A stretch of DNA of 24,956 nucleotides, taken from Paraspadella gotoi. Taxonomy: Eukaryota; Animalia; Chaetognatha. Each line of letters opens with the position of its first letter. The first letter of the stretch is position 1. Under the pieces are notes generated by a model. The model made no database searches. It was not told the DNA's origin and worked only from the letters and a program-made list of their open reading frames with translations. The position numbers and the translations under genes are program-made. The stretch spans positions 3,948,142 to 3,973,097 of the forward strand of contig CM119271.1 of assembly GCA_051294375.1 (NCBI GenBank), read 5' to 3'. Below, piece by piece: positions 21,205 to 24,956 of this stretch.

Positions 21205-21858
21205 AAAAACAAGTTTCGGGTTCATTTGTGAATCGAGAACATGTGTTTTATCTCTCTCTCTCTCCATTGATCGATAAAGTACGTGCGGCTAACGAGAAAG
21301 ACCGGCAACCCGAAATGGCGCAGTTAAACCGGCGTGCGTTTGAAACCAGGACGTCGAGGCGCCGCGGAATCTTCCATGCGGCGTTGCTATCTCGACGCTA
21401 ATGTTGAAAAAGAGGCCTTTTAATTGAATTGCGCGGCGGCTGTGTTGATCACTCGAAGATATTAATTTACAGGCTCAATTTCTCCAAGGTTTCATAGTCT
21501 TTTTTTTGTAAATTGGTCACATATTTTTTTTAAATTTAAAATAAAGAATTTAAAAAAAACTTTTCTTACCGCCATAGGTATACATTCCACAACGGAAAAT
21601 CAGTAATTTTAGCTTAGACTGATGTAACCGTAGAATGCTATCTACTCGAACTACGAGACGTGTCACTATTTCGAAAATAATTCAATTATACCGATGTATT
21701 TTAAATAATTATTATATATTTTTATTTTTCTAATATGAGGTATAAACGTGCCGTAAGAATAAACTTTGTCGGTGGAAAGTATGTTTTAAAAAACAATTAA
21801 ACGAAGGAATTAAATAGACTAGAGGTTAATCATAAAGTTTTAAAAAAAAAAAACAACT

Positions 21859-24800
21859 TTATGGAACCATTAGAAAAATAAATACTTATTTTTTATTGGG
21901 GCGTTGGGGCTCGATTCATAATTCGACTCAAAACAAAGCGAAAATGCTTAAAACTGGCAATCGAAAGACGATCTTATTTCCGGGGGCGTGGGACTTGGTG
22001 GACCGAGGCTTAATTTAGGCGATAAGTCTGAGCCGATTTCAAAGTATAAAAAAAAACAATAATATTTATATGATTATTATATATTCCAAGCTCCTCGGGA
22101 GGAGATTTCTTTCGTGTCGCGGTCAATGGACCCTTTACTGGATTGTCCGTCTGTCTCTCTGTTCATTATGTGCATTGCGAAAAAAGCGTTTCGCCGGCAT
22201 CTTGTTAAAAATATTAAGACCAGATGAAAAAGGCATGATTATTAAATAAATAAAAAAATATTAACAAAACCACAATATGACACAATTTTTAGTCATATTT
22301 ATCGATAATTTTTTTTCACTCCGGCGGGCAACTCTAACATGGACATGACTCTGTGCACAATGTCGGGACGAATCCTGGACAATCTCGTCAACAGCATGTG
22401 GCGTAATCCTGTATCCGCGTGGCATTCCTGAAAATAATGGATTATTTGTTTGTGTTTATATTTCGTTATGAAAATTGCATATTGTACATTTGATAATCAT
22501 TAAATTTAAGATTATTCATCAATAATTTTTATAAATCTTCGTGAAATACATCTGTTATTATTTTAAATAAGTCTATAATTTTAAAATTTTGGATGGAGGC
22601 CATAAACCACCAAAGCCTGTCCAAAGTCAGTGGGCAAGATAGCTTATTTATTAAATGAATGGATAATTTTTATATTGGTAGTACCAATTTCATAAACAGT
22701 ATGTAAAACTTGAATAACGATAGTAATTATACCGTCCCTTGGAATTTTTGCAGGTAAATTTGCTCTACGTCCAAAATTATGATAACATCCGTCCTTAATC
22801 TTGTTTTCCTTTTATTGGCGTCACTTTCCTGAGACTCACTGTACCTCACTCGCCCTTACCTTCTCTCTCTGCTTGAGATCCAGGAGCAGCTTGTCCCGCG
22901 GGTTCCGATCTCAAGTGCTCTATACTTCTAGGGGCCGTTGGGGTGCGCCAGAAGGCCTGCGTGGAAGGGTTTTGGGTCCCGATTAGACTCCGATCAGTCC
23001 GTGGGGAGATTGCGAAAAACTTGTGTATCGTGAAGTGTCCTTTTCTCGGAAATGGTAGGAGTGAATGACTCGTGTTAATCTATTTTCATTTTAATTGTTT
23101 TTTTTTTAAGTCATTCAATCCGTTCTGACTCTTTCTTGTGGCAGTGGGGCGTTCTCTATTTACAATACGAAAGCGTAAGCGGAACTTGACATGCACTTTA
23201 ACACGATATTCCAAAATTTAAATTATCACATAACTCTTTTTAAACGCACGGGACTTCATGCTACGACCATAAAGCACTTACTAAATTTCGTCGAAAAAAA
23301 ATCGCTAAGTATTTTTAAAAAAAATTAAATTTCACAGTCCTATTTTTTTAAAAATATTTTATTTTTTCGTTTCTAGAAGAGCCCTAAACATTCCCCAGCT
23401 CAGCTGGCGCACAGTTGTAACCTCATTTAGAAGTTTTGAACACGTGTTACTAAATAATGTATTTATATTACACACCAACCACCGGAAAACAAGGATGGAT
23501 TAATTGCCATGGATAATTACACGAAACTTTCACTAGTTAATTCTAAATTATTACTAATATAAATGTTAAGAGTGTGTTCGCCGATTACTGGCCGATCTTG
23601 TCATCATCATCTTAACTTTGTAACTCAGTTTTCTTGTTGACTTTGGAGATTCAACAGGAGTCAACCCTGTGAGGAACGAAACATTCACGGTGCGAGAAAC
23701 GCGCCAGTAGATGAAGGAAGAAACAGTATTTTCTAATATCTAGGCGCAGTTTTTAGAAATAACTTATTCTTAGTCTAAGAAAAAAAAAACTTTGAGGCTG
23801 GTTTTGAAATAAATATCTAAGATTTTTTGAATTTTATTTAAATAGGTAGTTTCTGACTCGTAAATTTAGAATTTATATCTTTAGGTCAAACACAATAACG
23901 GCAATACTCACCCACGGTTTTGGTGGTCGCAGATCTAATCCAATGGTGGAGGCGGGAGAGCGTCCACTCCCATAACCCAGTCGATGTCAAGCGCACCTAT
24001 AAATTTATATTAATAAAAATGAAATAAATAGTTAAATCTAATGTTATATAAATATGTTTTACTAAATTAGACTTTAAAATTGATATTAAAATTTTAAAAT
24101 AAATGTAAGAATTTAGTAAATTTAATAAATTTTAATAAATTTTATATTACAAATTTGTAAAATAAATGTAAGAATTTAATAAATTTTCACTATATATTAT
24201 ATTTAATTATATTCTTTATCTAGAGTATATTCTTTTATAATGTTATAATTAAAAAATCTAGTCTAATTACCAAAACTATAATTTTGCTATTATATTCAGA
24301 AACAAGAGACATAAAAAAAAAACAAACCTTGAGTTTGATCACTAGCGCCCTCAATCGGGACTTTCGGTGCTCACGTTCGCGGATGGCGATGTTGAAGAGC
24401 CGGCTCCGCTGCCCGAGAAGGGAAGAGGAGGAGAGGAGCGGGCGGAGAGGATAGAGGAAGGGGCCGCTTGAAGAAGAGGAAGAGGAAGGGTGTTTCGAAG
24501 AGGGGAGGAAGAGGAAGGAGTACCGGAGAGCCCCTCTCCGTCGCTGGTCCGATTGCGTTTCATGGTGGGAAGGAAGGAAGGGGTATCACGACTGTGGTGG
24601 GCAGTGGATGATAAGTGAGGAGGGGTGGTTGGGGAAAGAAGAATTAGGAATTTGAATTACTTTGTTTTTTTATATTTCTTGAAACATTTTCAAGTTTGAG
24701 GCGTTTTAACCAATTTCGGCTATTTTTAATAATACCTTAATACAATGACAGAACGACTGAATTGTACTTCGTCGTACAATACCAAAATTCACTGATAAAA

Positions 24801-24912
24801 AATTCATTTATACAATGCCAAATTCTGGATTCCGAACTTTAAAAGCGGCCGGTTTCTCCATCAAAATTTCCTCATAAATTGTCAGTTGACCGCTTTCGAC
24901 TTTAAGACCAGT
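21859..24912. repeat. Segmental repeat copy C (partial, equals A 1-~3040)
   Basis: Collinear with A 1-3040 up to CGCTTTCGAC(T)TTAAGACCAG, then diverges. Confidence 0.95.
23585..24563 (-). CDS. Copy C of the three-exon hypothetical gene (frameshifted)
   Basis: Collinear with 1706-2677, with ATG at 24563 and the same splice sites. Confidence 0.4.
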
Positions 24913-24956
24913 AAAAGTACTTTCCCATATAATTTATGGAACATTTTTTTAAAAAA

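Larger units (their letters stand above)
13529..21778 (+). pseudogene. Copy B of the cysteine-rich modular protein gene or pseudogene, including a possible 5' exon at ~13529-13670
   Basis: Same exon blocks as 3434-9922, for example FCCCGIDR at ~20012. Heavily frameshifted by indels. Confidence 0.55.
10009..21858. repeat. Segmental repeat copy B (11.85 kb, with extra sequence at 12696-14066 and 18510-19072 and a 25-N gap at 12671-12695)
   Basis: Collinear with copy A. 14067 onward matches A from 3109 (TATTTTGTATTATTTCCAA). Many 1-bp indels. Confidence 0.95.

Noticed and set aside
1-21858. rDNA, histone, 5S/SL-RNA array, or endogenous virus/Polinton/Helitron as the repeat unit
   Set aside because: I found no rRNA, histone, spliced-leader, polymerase, capsid, integrase, transposase or RepHel motifs in any frame examined.

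Overview
Eukaryotic, AT-rich, intron-containing DNA, most likely an invertebrate. Nematode is a tentative guess from TTTTCAG-type acceptors and a ShKT-like domain. No prokaryotic features are present. The window is one ~10-12 kb segment present about 2.3 times: A 1-10008, B 10009-21858, partial C 21859-24956. Copies differ mostly by 1-bp indels typical of uncorrected long reads, plus a few real structural differences. Both points where one full segment would join the next are 25-N gaps (3084-3108, 12671-12695), so head-to-tail tandem organisation is not directly sequenced. Reading across exons and frameshifts, the + strand carries a large multi-exon gene or pseudogene for a cysteine-rich modular, probably extracellular, protein. 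It has three clear and several partial three-finger (Ly6/uPAR)-like modules ending in CCC-x4-C[NS], one ShKT-like domain, and two Thr/Pro-rich stalks each followed by a related small Cys motif. The - strand carries small spliced orphan gene candidates. Introns and flanks hold a MITE-like family with ~18-bp TIRs, an ~80-bp inverted repeat pair, a tRNA-derived SINE-like element and a copy-B-specific ~560-bp insertion. Most ORFs in the supplied track are microsatellite or antisense artefacts. All protein-family calls come from visual motif reading, not database searches.
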